A stretch of DNA of 62,884 nucleotides, filler included, from Acidimicrobiia bacterium (GTDB taxonomy: Bacteria > Actinomycetota > Acidimicrobiia > Spongiisociales > JAHEDJ01): the NCBI GenBank assembly GCA_029210695.1. It is 3 parts of 3 records of this genome, joined end to end, with 100 filler letters (N's around TTAATTAATTAA, not from the genome) between each part and the next. Parts side by side here need not be neighbours in the genome. Positions count along the whole stretch, not along the records: positions 1 to 24,618 come from JARGFH010000052.1; 2 more parts are not named here. One strand, given 5' to 3'. Below the pieces are notes generated by a model, which saw nothing but the letters and a program-made list of their open reading frames with translations, was not told where the DNA came from and searched no databases. The first letter of the stretch is position 1. The number at the start of each line of letters is the position of its first letter. Of this stretch, positions 1 to 8,220 are shown piece after piece. Made by a program: the position numbers and the translations under genes.

Positions 1-1032
1 TTCGACCCCGTCGGCTCCACCGCCGAACCCTCCGCCGGCTGGTCACCCCTGCACAGCGCATCAGACTGGCAGGGGGCTCTCCGTATGGCCGCCTGGCTCG
101 CCTCCACAGCCCGAGCAGGAGAACGCGGCGGACTCCAAGACTCCGACTTCTGGTACGCCGTCGCCCAGAAGCTGCTTGCCCCGCTCTTGTTCGCCGCCGC
201 CCGCTCCGGAGCAACCATGATCGACGTGATGCGATGGGTCGACCTCCAAGACGAAGAAGAACCCCTCCGTGCCCTCCAAACAACAGGGGAGCTGGATGCG
301 CTCCAAGCGTTCGCCGCCACCATCAACCGGGAAGAACGCACCCGCTCCTCCGCCTACACCACCGCCGAAACCGTCCTCGCCGCCTTCGCCGACCCCGGCG
401 TGCTCGCCACCACCACCCGACAACCCGCAATCGACCCCGACCGCCTCCTCAACGGCGGAAACCACACCCTCTACATCTGCGGACCCCTCCACGAACAAGC
501 CCGGCTCCGACCCCTCTTCACCGCCCTCATCGACCAAACCGTCGCCCGCATCTACGACCGAGCCAACCGCTCCACCGACCGGCTCACCAAACCGCTCCTG
601 TTGGTCATCGACGAAGCCGCCAACATCGCGCCACTTCCCGACCTGGCCCAGATCGCATCCACCGCCCGTGGAGTCGGCATCCAACTCGTCACCATCTGGC
701 AAGACTTCGCACAAATCCAGGCCCGCTACGGCACCTTCGCCCAAACCGTCATCAACAACCACCGAGCCAAAGTCGTCCTCGCCGGCATCTCCGACACCCC
801 CACCCTCGACTACATCAGCCGACTCATCGGCGACCAGCACACCATTGAGAAATCCCACACACGAAACCCGGACGGGCGGGAAAGCACTACACAATCCACA
901 CGACACCGGCCCCTCGCCCCCACCGCTGCGCTCCGACGCGCCGACACCGGAACCGGGGTCCTCGTCTACGGCAACCTCCACCCCGCCCAGCTCAAACTAA
1001 GGCCCTGGTACCAACTCAAACGGCGCTCATAG
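1..1032 (+). CDS. Type IV secretion coupling protein, VirD4/TraG family (5'-truncated by window edge)
   Basis: Frame open from base 1 (FDPVGST...); Walker B-like LLLVIDEAANIAPLPDL, 'STARGVGIQLVTIWQDFAQIQARYG' and C-terminal 'LRPWY' typical of actinobacterial VirD4. Confidence 0.9.
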   Translation, partial: FDPVGSTAEPSAGWSPLHSASDWQGALRMAAWLASTARAGERGGLQDSDFWYAVAQKLLAPLLFAAARSGATMIDVMRWVDLQDEEEPLRALQTTGELDALQAFAATINREERTRSSAYTTAETVLAAFADPGVLATTTRQPAIDPDRLLNGGNHTLYICGPLHEQARLRPLFTALIDQTVARIYDRANRSTDRLTKPLLLVIDEAANIAPLPDLAQIASTARGVGIQLVTIWQDFAQIQARYGTFAQTVINNHRAKVVLAGISDTPTLDYISRLIGDQHTIEKSHTRNPDGRESTTQSTRHRPLAPTAALRRADTGTGVLVYGNLHPAQLKLRPWYQLKRRS

Positions 1033-1378
1033 GAGCTAAGGGTTCTTGACGAACCGATCCGACGACTCACCAGAGAGATCACCCCATGACCGCCGCCCTA
1101 CCTGTTTCACAGATCCCATGTCCGGTGTGTTCGGGGAAGTGCGCACCAGACACGGACACGGCTGGGAGCCGCCCGACCAAAGGAGGAACCCGTGTGAGCT
1201 CCCAGCCGTGGCACACCCGTACACGCAGGTGCCTGGCCTACGCGGGCGACCAGGTCCTCGCATCTTCACCGCCGGCGCCTACCGCATCAGCTGAGGGGGG
1301 TCTTATGACCAGCAACGTCTACGAGTCAGAACCGCAGCCGGGGAGCAGGGCCCGAGCAATGAGTAGCGGCGGCCCCGC

Positions 1379-1915
1379 ATGCAGCTGAGCGCCTGGGCCG
1401 AAGCCCACGCACGGCCTCTACTGAGCCCGCTGGGACGACGCTGGCGTCATTCGCAGTCGGTAGCCGGCACCGCACGGGACCTGGCGAGATCGCTGACTCC
1501 GGAGGACGCAGATGTACTGGTGGCTGCGGCGTACCTTCACGACGTCGGCTACGCCCCGAAGCTCGCAATCTCTGGGTTCCACCCCCTCGACGGCGGCCGC
1601 TATCTTCGCGCTCTTGGCCACGGCCGGCTGGCGGGTTTGGTGGCTTATCACACTGGAGCGCAGCATGAGGCCAAGCTGCACGGCCTCCAGCAAGAACTCG
1701 CCCGCTTCGACGATGAACAGAGCCTCGTGGCAGCGGCCCTGACGTACTGCGACCTGACGAACGGGCCAGACGGGGAGCGGCTGACACCGGAGCAGCGAAT
1801 CATCGACGTCGAGGCCCGCTACGGCTCCGGCAGCCCGGTTACCACCGGGCTGCGGGCCGCGTGGCCACAGCTGCTCGACGCCGTTTGCCGGGTAGAAGAG
1901 CTCCGGCGCCCATGA
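1379..1915 (+). CDS. HD-domain metal-dependent phosphohydrolase
   Basis: RWRHSQSVA...AAAYLHDVGY...GFHPLDG...LVAYH...YCD motifs. Confidence 0.85.
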   Translation: MQLSAWAEAHARPLLSPLGRRWRHSQSVAGTARDLARSLTPEDADVLVAAAYLHDVGYAPKLAISGFHPLDGGRYLRALGHGRLAGLVAYHTGAQHEAKLHGLQQELARFDDEQSLVAAALTYCDLTNGPDGERLTPEQRIIDVEARYGSGSPVTTGLRAAWPQLLDAVCRVEELRRP

Positions 1916-2093
1916 CGACCAATTCCTCCAATCACCTGATGCCAAGGATCGCCGACAATCTGTCACGCCTGGGCGGTATTGTCAGTTGCACTCCGAACAT
2001 GTAGAGCGTTGAGTAGGAGCACAGGATGACCGCTACCCCCGACCAGCGAAGGCTGCTGAGCCTCTGCGCCATTCGCATCGACAGCACCAGGAG

Positions 2094-3272
2094 TCAGGTT
2101 TTGGTCCAGGAGAGATCGTCCAGCGCGGCCGGTACGCCCAACCCCGACACTCGAAGGGTGCGGGCGAAGCCCTTCGCTAGCCTCGCAGCCGTCGCCTTAG
2201 CTCCTGGCTCCTCGCCGGCGATCCTTGAAGCGAGCGACGCCTTGAACCCTGCAACATCGTCTGTGTAGTCGATGCACTGGACCGGGTACTGCGCGTTCTC
2301 GAGACCGCGAGCCAGTGCTCTGTTCACAGGCAGGTCGCCGAAGCCGTACCCGGCGATTACGAGCTTGTCAGCACTCCGCAGCGCGTCCTCGAACCGGTCG
2401 TAAGCCCACCGGAAGGGATCGAGTTCGACTGCTCGCGCCTTCTGGTCAGCAAGGACTACTACCGGTTCAAGTGCCGTCTCACCACGGCCGTAACGCACCC
2501 AGAAGTCCAACTCTCGCATGCGTTCGATGTGATCAACCTTCCAGATCGAGCCGTCATTGCGCCGCAGCCACTGGAGAGAGCCGTGGAGGTGGTAGACGAG
2601 GAGGTTGGCGGGCTTGTACTCATCGTCATCCCGGAGCGGGTAGGCGGTCGCAGGACCGTCCGGGACGATGTCGACGGTCTCCTGTCCGAAGCCCTGCGCC
2701 ATGTCGCCGAGGACGATCCCCCTCTTCCATGACAAGCGAATGCGTTTCGACTTCTGATCGCGAACTTCAATCGCAGCTCCATCGATCAGAGCGTCGTAGT
2801 TCAGCGTGAAAATGCGTGTGGTACCGGTCACGCCGGCGGTCTCGGCCAACCATCCCACGAGGCGCCTGAGTGGGTCCCTCGCCGTTTTGCCCTGACCAGT
2901 CGATAGGTCTGCGATGACATCGAGCGCTGCTCCCAATGTCCTCTGTCTTAGCTCGCGTCCGAACCGTTCCGCGGTGAGGAACGCCGAGGCGATATCACTT
3001 CCGGCGTCGAGGAGGGCGGCAAGCTAGCTCAGTGCGCCGAGTCCCCGGTCCAGCCTCTCGATCGGCCCGAACAACTCTTCGAAGACTGCTACCCGCGCTG
3101 GAAGGTCTTTGTTGGATGATTCTGCCAGCGTGGTGAGAGCACGTTGCACCTCTGCAACGCTCGAGTCAGACTCCGCGAAGCGGGCCAGGATCAGCTTGGT
3201 GAGAGGTTCCATCGCAAGGTCGGGGTTGTACGACATGGAGCAACCGTTCCCGACAAGGGCCACGACGTTCAT
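2094..3272 (-). pseudogene. SIR2-like (SIR2_2) NADase, interrupted by one in-frame TAG at 3024-3026
   Basis: N-terminal VALVGNGCS, then IFTLNYD, HLHGSL, LVIAGYGFGD; ORFs 3024-3272 and 2094-2936 are in the same frame and the 29 intervening codons are open. Confidence 0.8.
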
Positions 3273-3383
3273 CTCTCACCCCTCGGAGTAAGTCCCTCCG
3301 GAACCGGCCTTGGGCCATCAATCCCGCAGATCATCCTCTGCACGCCCGACAACTCCAGCTGATTCCTCACCACACGAGGGCTG

Positions 3384-4475
3384 CTACCGGTCGTCGTCAA
3401 AGCGGTACCTGACGATGAGGTGAGCCCACTGACTGTGAGGGATGAGCTTGTCGTGTTGCATCCGTCCGACGACTATTCCTGGTGCCACCCCAATGGCCTC
3501 CGCGAACTCCTCAACAGCCGCCTCCGTTGTGAGTCCAGACAGGTGCGAGGCGAACCGCGAGGGGATAAGCACGCGTCCAGCGAATGAGTCAGCCGCTCCC
3601 TCCAGGTCTTCGTCGATGCCGCTTCCTTTGGCATCGACGAACGTCTCCTTCTTGCTGTGGCGAAGGAGGTGGTAGAGCTCGTGGAAGAGGGTGAACCAGA
3701 AGATGTCGTTCCTACGATGACGGAGGCTCAGAGCAATCATTGCCTTCTCGGGCGACAGCCAGCGAGTCGCCCCGTTGACTCGGCATCTGGGCAGCTCCTT
3801 CACGATCACGAGTGCGATCCCGACCGAGGCACAGAGTGTCCTCAGTGGCTCGATCCAGTCGGTCCCCGGCGACCGGCTTAGGGCCCGCATCTGGTCAAGC
3901 GCATCGCGAACGGCGGCAGCATCGTACGAGGCCGTCTTGACACGACCAGCTTCAATCTCGGCCAACCGGAGCCAACTCGCCAACGCTCCGGCGTCGGCTT
4001 CAAAGGCAGGCGAACGTCGATACAGAGCAGGTCGAAGCCAAACCTCCTCAAGGGCATCCGGGTCGGCCACGGAGAAGAAACTGAGGAGTTCCCGGAGGGT
4101 GTCGACCTTGGGCTTCCCGCGTTGGATACACCCTCTCTGCTCTAGATCCTTGATCGGGAACTGATCCACAAGATGGACCCGCCCCCGTAGGGCCTGGGTC
4201 TCGACATGTCTGTGTTTGGCGGTCTGATAGTTGGAATCGAGCTGAGTCCAGTATCGGGCAGGGATCGACGTTACCCGCTCGAACGCGAGCGCAACCACCG
4301 GCGAGATCCCGACCTTGCCCTTGATGACATGGGTTATGTGTTTCGGCGTGAGCCCCGCGCGCCTCGCAAACTCGACCTGCGTCATGTCCTCCCGGGTGAT
4401 CCACTCCCAGAGCGTCTCGCCCGGAGGTACCAACTCCGCCGGCTCATAGGCTCGCTCATATCGGTCGGCCATCAT
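3384..4475 (-). CDS. higA: HigA-type XRE HTH antitoxin/regulator fused to ImmA/IrrE metallopeptidase
   Basis: PPGETL...MTQVEFARRAG...ALAFERV HTH; C-terminal FWFTLFHELYH (HExxH) and E..AD.FA. Confidence 0.88.
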   Translation of the reverse strand: MMADRYERAYEPAELVPPGETLWEWITREDMTQVEFARRAGLTPKHITHVIKGKVGISPVVALAFERVTSIPARYWTQLDSNYQTAKHRHVETQALRGRVHLVDQFPIKDLEQRGCIQRGKPKVDTLRELLSFFSVADPDALEEVWLRPALYRRSPAFEADAGALASWLRLAEIEAGRVKTASYDAAAVRDALDQMRALSRSPGTDWIEPLRTLCASVGIALVIVKELPRCRVNGATRWLSPEKAMIALSLRHRRNDIFWFTLFHELYHLLRHSKKETFVDAKGSGIDEDLEGAADSFAGRVLIPSRFASHLSGLTTEAAVEEFAEAIGVAPGIVVGRMQHDKLIPHSQWAHLIVRYRFDDDR

Positions 4476-4798
4476 GGCCTGACCTCATCCGAGCGCGTTC
4501 GCACGGCTATGACGGCGATGGTGTTCATAAATTCGTCCTCCTGTGTCCTCACTTCATCGGGTTCAATGACCAAGACGACGTCGTCACTCACGACGACCTC
4601 TACAACGCCGTCGTCGAGATCGCGGGAATCCAACGGCATCAGGCCGAGTTCGTCCAGGGCGCTAATCGCTTCGAGCTGTTGAAGTCGCCGAGAGATCATG
4701 CGTGTCATGTCGCTGCCCCAGCGGCGGTGCATGTGCGCGACATCACAACAATCTCGCCACACTGACTCATCGGCGAACCGCAGGACCGGCACAGGCAC
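4472..4798 (-). CDS. HigB/RelE-like toxin, possibly degenerate
   Basis: LRFAD...RRWG...ISRRLQQLEA pattern; ATGA overlap with higA; start uncertain. Confidence 0.65.
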   Translation of the reverse strand: MPVPVLRFADESVWRDCCDVAHMHRRWGSDMTRMISRRLQQLEAISALDELGLMPLDSRDLDDGVVEVVVSDDVVLVIEPDEVRTQEDEFMNTIAVIAVRTRSDEVRP

Positions 4799-4802
4799 TC
4801 CC

Positions 4803-4898
4803 GGAATCGTGAACCATGTAGGTTCACAGTAGCGAGCAACATCTCGCTACGGCGTGTTATGCTTGTTGGAATCGTGAACCGAACCGGTTCACTAGAAT
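4803..4898. promoter_or_regulatory. Divergent control region: two GGAATC-GTGAACC-N5-GGTTCAC operators, a GTAGCGAG-N6-CTCGCTAC palindrome and a TAGAAT -10-like hexamer
   Basis: Palindromes at 4809-4827 and 4874-4892; third palindrome 4829-4850; TAGAAT at 4893-4898; AAGGAG RBS before ATG 4916. Confidence 0.75.
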
Positions 4899-4915
4899 AT
4901 AGACAAGGAGAGAAG

Positions 4916-5185
4916 ATGCCCACGCCTGACAATACGATCCACCTGATCGTGGTGACCACTGCCGACGACGTCGATGACGAGTTCAACGTCAACCAGCCCC
5001 TGCAGGTGCTGTTCAACAAGGCTCTGCACGAGGTCGGCGGCGAGCCCAACCGCGACCAGTTCGCCCTAGAGTACAACGACATCGTCCTGTCCGACCTGAC
5101 CCGTAAGATCGGTGACGCAGCGCAGGAGTATGGATGGGTTGATGGCACCACCCTCGAACTCGTCCCCGCACCTGTGGTCGTGTAG
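4916..5185 (+). CDS. Ubiquitin-like (beta-grasp) protein, BilA-like, 89 aa
   Basis: Size, beta-grasp-like pattern (IHLIVV...FNVNQPLQVLFNKAL...L...KIGD...G..DGTTLELV), RBS, first gene of an E2-JAB-E1 operon. Confidence 0.75.
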   Translation: MPTPDNTIHLIVVTTADDVDDEFNVNQPLQVLFNKALHEVGGEPNRDQFALEYNDIVLSDLTRKIGDAAQEYGWVDGTTLELVPAPVVV

Positions 5186-5188
5186 GAG

Positions 5189-5605
5189 ATGGCGTGGCGA
5201 GACGACGCGCGAGCGGAGGTCGACGACCTCAAGCCGCACTTCGTCGAGAAACACGACTGGGCACCTCGACTCGTCGAGTCCGATGACGCCGAGGCCCTCG
5301 ACCTGTTCGTCACACTCCAATCGCGGAAGCACCCAGACAATGTCTTTGTCCTGCGCCTCCGCTACAAGCCCGACTGGCAGACGGCAGGACGCCGCGAAGC
5401 ATTCGTCGACCCCGACGATCCCGAGCGCGAGGGTATCGAGTACTGGCCGACCGATGTGTCGGGTTTGAAGCCCCAGAACAACCCGCCCTGCATCTGTCTC
5501 CGGGGGACATGGGGTTACCACTCCGTGCTTCATACCGATCACCTGATGGGCGACACGACCCTGCTCAACCTCCTCGTTGAGTTGCAGACAGTGCTCGATC
5601 GATGA
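5189..5605 (+). CDS. Prokaryotic E2-like conjugating enzyme, BilB-like
   Basis: FVDP...WP...PPCICLRGTWGYH with candidate catalytic Cys; operon context. Confidence 0.7.
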   Translation: MAWRDDARAEVDDLKPHFVEKHDWAPRLVESDDAEALDLFVTLQSRKHPDNVFVLRLRYKPDWQTAGRREAFVDPDDPEREGIEYWPTDVSGLKPQNNPPCICLRGTWGYHSVLHTDHLMGDTTLLNLLVELQTVLDR

Positions 5606-6207
5606 CCTTCCGTTCCCACCCGTATCCGCCCCCCGGCCATCAGGTTCGGCTCCCCACACCGATCTGGACAGCCGCTCTCGACGAAGTACGCAGGTACTCC
5701 CACCTCGGTGGCACCAGGGATCATCCAGGCTCGGAAGGCCTCGTTTACCTCGCCGGTGTCCCTGCCGCAGCCGGATTAGTCGTAACAGCCGTCCTTCGTC
5801 TCCAACACGAGCCACAAGGTGACCGGGTCGCCCCCACCCGCGAGGAGGTCCGCTGGCTGATGTCGACTCTCCGTGACCGAGACGAAAAGCTCGTTGCCCA
5901 GTTCCACACCCACCGCAACGGGGCCTTTCACTCGCCCGGGGACGACCAGATGGCGACGAGCTTCCATGACGGCTTCCTGTCGATCGTCGCCCCCAAATTC
6001 GCCGTGGGTATCCACCGCCTCGACCAGTGCGAGGTCCACGAATACCGTAAGGGGTATTTCTACGCGATGACCACCGCCGAAGTAGAAAGCCGGATCACTG
6101 TCCACGACATCGTCGTCGACCGACTACCCGAGATGCTGCAGAAGGAGCCCGACAGGTGGCACCGATTCGTACAGAGACTGAATTCGATCGCACTCAGGCA
6201 GCGCTGA
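5602..6207 (+). CDS. JAB/MPN metalloprotease (deubiquitinase-like), BilC-like
   Basis: E(GLVYLAG)...QFHTHRNGAFHSPGDD = JAMM E-HxH-x7-S-x2-D. Confidence 0.88.
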   Translation: MTFRSHPYPPPGHQVRLPTPIWTAALDEVRRYSHLGGTRDHPGSEGLVYLAGVPAAAGLVVTAVLRLQHEPQGDRVAPTREEVRWLMSTLRDRDEKLVAQFHTHRNGAFHSPGDDQMATSFHDGFLSIVAPKFAVGIHRLDQCEVHEYRKGYFYAMTTAEVESRITVHDIVVDRLPEMLQKEPDRWHRFVQRLNSIALRQR

Positions 6208-7646
6208 GCCCGCAGGGTCTGACGCTTCCACTACCACGCGGCGATATAGGCATCACTGTCGCCGACGGTGTGGAGGCGACGCCGACCGGCCAGCGACTCC
6301 TCGCCCTTCTCGTCAACGTGCTCGCCCGCATGAAGGGCGTGGTCGACACAGTCCACATCAACACAACCGCCGATCCGTTCGTTTTGCCTGGCACCCCGCT
6401 CAGCCCCGGCCATCTGAACGACGGTCTGGCCACCTTTGTCAGATCGCTCAACTGGATTGGCAGCCGACACGACGCGGAGTTGAGCTTCGAACCACCAGAC
6501 GACGCTGTGGTCCAGATCGGCATCGGCACCAATCCCGGCTCGGCCGACCTCGTCGTCGCCTGCGACGCATGGCGAGCCCTGCTAGGGGCAGCTGGCGACC
6601 AAGCGAGTTGGGAGACTGCGAACCCGATCGGCGCGGCCCTCGCTGCGGTCGTCACCGCCGCCGAGACATTCAAGGCAATCATCGCCGGCAACGGCGGGAG
6701 GAATACGACACCAGCACCCCCCGACTTCATCTACTCCGCCTTCAACTACGGGGTCGACGACAGCGCCGAGATCGGGCCCGACGTGTACAAGTTGGAGCTC
6801 CAGGACGTTGCCATCGCGGGTTGCGGCGCTGGTGGGTCCGGCACAGCCTTCATCCTCGGCATGCACCCCAGACTCTCCGGCACGATCGATCTCATCGAGC
6901 CCGGAATCCACAAGGTATCGAACATCAACCGCTACCTGCCAGCACTCGCTGGCGACGTCCACACCCCACGCCACAAGCTTTCCTCGATCGCTGATCACCT
7001 GGCCCGCACAGCACCCGCGTTGGACCTCGCCCTCCATCCGCGGCCCTGGGAGCAACTAGACCGGCATCCATGGTCAACAGTAGTCTCCGCCGTCGACACC
7101 GTCGAAGCCAGATGGCAAATCCAACAGCGCACACGCAGCGACGCCGTCATCATCGACCTCGCAGTTAATGACCTCCTCTACTCCGTTCTCCGCGTCGTTC
7201 CAGGTGGCCGCTGCCTGTTCTGCAAACACCCGTTCGACCCCGACCTGGCCGTCAATCAACGCGCACTCCGGTGGGGTGTGCCTCTCGTGACGATCAAGGA
7301 GTGGAGTTCCGCCAACAGACCGGTCGACGAAGCGATGATCCGCTCACTTGCTCACACCCAGAACCGGCCCCCGGAGGACTTCGATGATCTCCTCGGGATT
7401 CTCTTCACCAACACTCCGGCGCTGCTCGAGTGTGGATCGACGTCACTCCGGGCGGACGTCCCGAGCCAAGCCCCCATCCTTCCACTCGCCACGACCGCCG
7501 TTGCCATAGTCGGCGCCGCAGAGGTCATCAAGCACGTCATTGGGCTCCCACCCCTCGACAATTGGCTCGCCCATGACCTCCGGCGAAACCCAACTGGTCC
7601 GTGGTCCACCTACCGCGCGCCGATCCAGGACTGCCCACACCACTGA
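6156..7646 (+). CDS. E1-like ThiF-family activating enzyme, BilD-like
   Basis: IAGCGAGGSG loop, SNINRY, SAVDT..AR, CLFC Zn motif, candidate catalytic Cys in LECG, C-terminal CPHH; N-terminal half resembles an inactive adenylation domain. Confidence 0.85.
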   Translation: MAPIRTETEFDRTQAALSPQGLTLPLPRGDIGITVADGVEATPTGQRLLALLVNVLARMKGVVDTVHINTTADPFVLPGTPLSPGHLNDGLATFVRSLNWIGSRHDAELSFEPPDDAVVQIGIGTNPGSADLVVACDAWRALLGAAGDQASWETANPIGAALAAVVTAAETFKAIIAGNGGRNTTPAPPDFIYSAFNYGVDDSAEIGPDVYKLELQDVAIAGCGAGGSGTAFILGMHPRLSGTIDLIEPGIHKVSNINRYLPALAGDVHTPRHKLSSIADHLARTAPALDLALHPRPWEQLDRHPWSTVVSAVDTVEARWQIQQRTRSDAVIIDLAVNDLLYSVLRVVPGGRCLFCKHPFDPDLAVNQRALRWGVPLVTIKEWSSANRPVDEAMIRSLAHTQNRPPEDFDDLLGILFTNTPALLECGSTSLRADVPSQAPILPLATTAVAIVGAAEVIKHVIGLPPLDNWLAHDLRRNPTGPWSTYRAPIQDCPHH

Positions 7647-7825
7647 CGGCCGCAGCGGTGTCGTGCAGCAAACGCTTCGAGCACGTCTTGGAGCCTACTA
7701 TCAACGCTGCAACCGGTCCCTCCGGAACCGTCCGCAACCGATCACTCCGGCCGGGACACCTACTATCGCAGCGGGACTGTCCGATGAACGATGGCTCAAG
7801 GCGGATCAGCGGCAGCAGGCCGTCA

Positions 7826-7860
7826 GCGTGGGGTTCCAACCGAAACCTCCTGATCCGTAG
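7826..7860 (-). other. Degenerate 3' fragment of tRNA-Arg(ACG), probable relic att core
   Basis: Reverse complement CTACGGATCAGGAGGTTTCGGTTGGAACCCC resembles the anticodon loop to T-arm of tRNA-Arg(ACG); no 5' half. Confidence 0.5.
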
Positions 7861-7966
7861 ATGGCCAAGCGGCGTCCGTGAGCGTCCACATCCGTCCATA
7901 CATGGTTCAGCAGCGGGCCTCCGTTTCCACCAGTATCCACACACGGCCGCCGCGGTCCACCCCGAA

Positions 7967-8210
7967 TGGCTCCCAAGTTGGCTCCCAGCGGAGGGGGGCT
8001 GACAAGTGTTGTGCAGCAGAGATGCTGGCCTCCACGGTGGCCCACACATGGCGCGGAACGTCTGGTTGGGGGCGGCGGCGCATCGCCGGTTATGCGCCTT
8101 GCCAGCTTGGTTCCTAGTGTCGGTACTCCAAAGGGGAGCAGCATGGGCGGCACCCGGTTACGAGACCCGCACCCGTGGCGGCGCGTGTCGTACGCGAAGT
8201 CGTACGCGAC
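7967..8210. repeat. Short 12-bp-period tandem repeats resembling integrase arm-type sites
   Basis: TGGCTCCCA x2 at 7967-7987; GTCGTACGCGA x2 at 8187-8210. Confidence 0.55.
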
Positions 8211-8220
8211 AGAGCGGTCG

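Noticed and set aside
3024..3026. Genome-wide TAG reassignment or pyrrolysine
   Set aside because: TAG terminates many clear genes here (higA, ARH, helicase, rplY) and no pyl genes are seen
2094..3272. SIR2 as the ThsA effector of the TIR cluster
   Set aside because: Different contig, no SLOG domain visible in it, and linkage cannot be inferred across linkers
4809..4892. LexA/SOS boxes
   Set aside because: Spacing is GAAC-N7-GTTC, not the actinobacterial CGAAC-N4-GTTCG
7540..8220. ORFs between E1 and ARH as real genes
   Set aside because: No motifs or RBS; the region is better explained as att-like non-coding DNA
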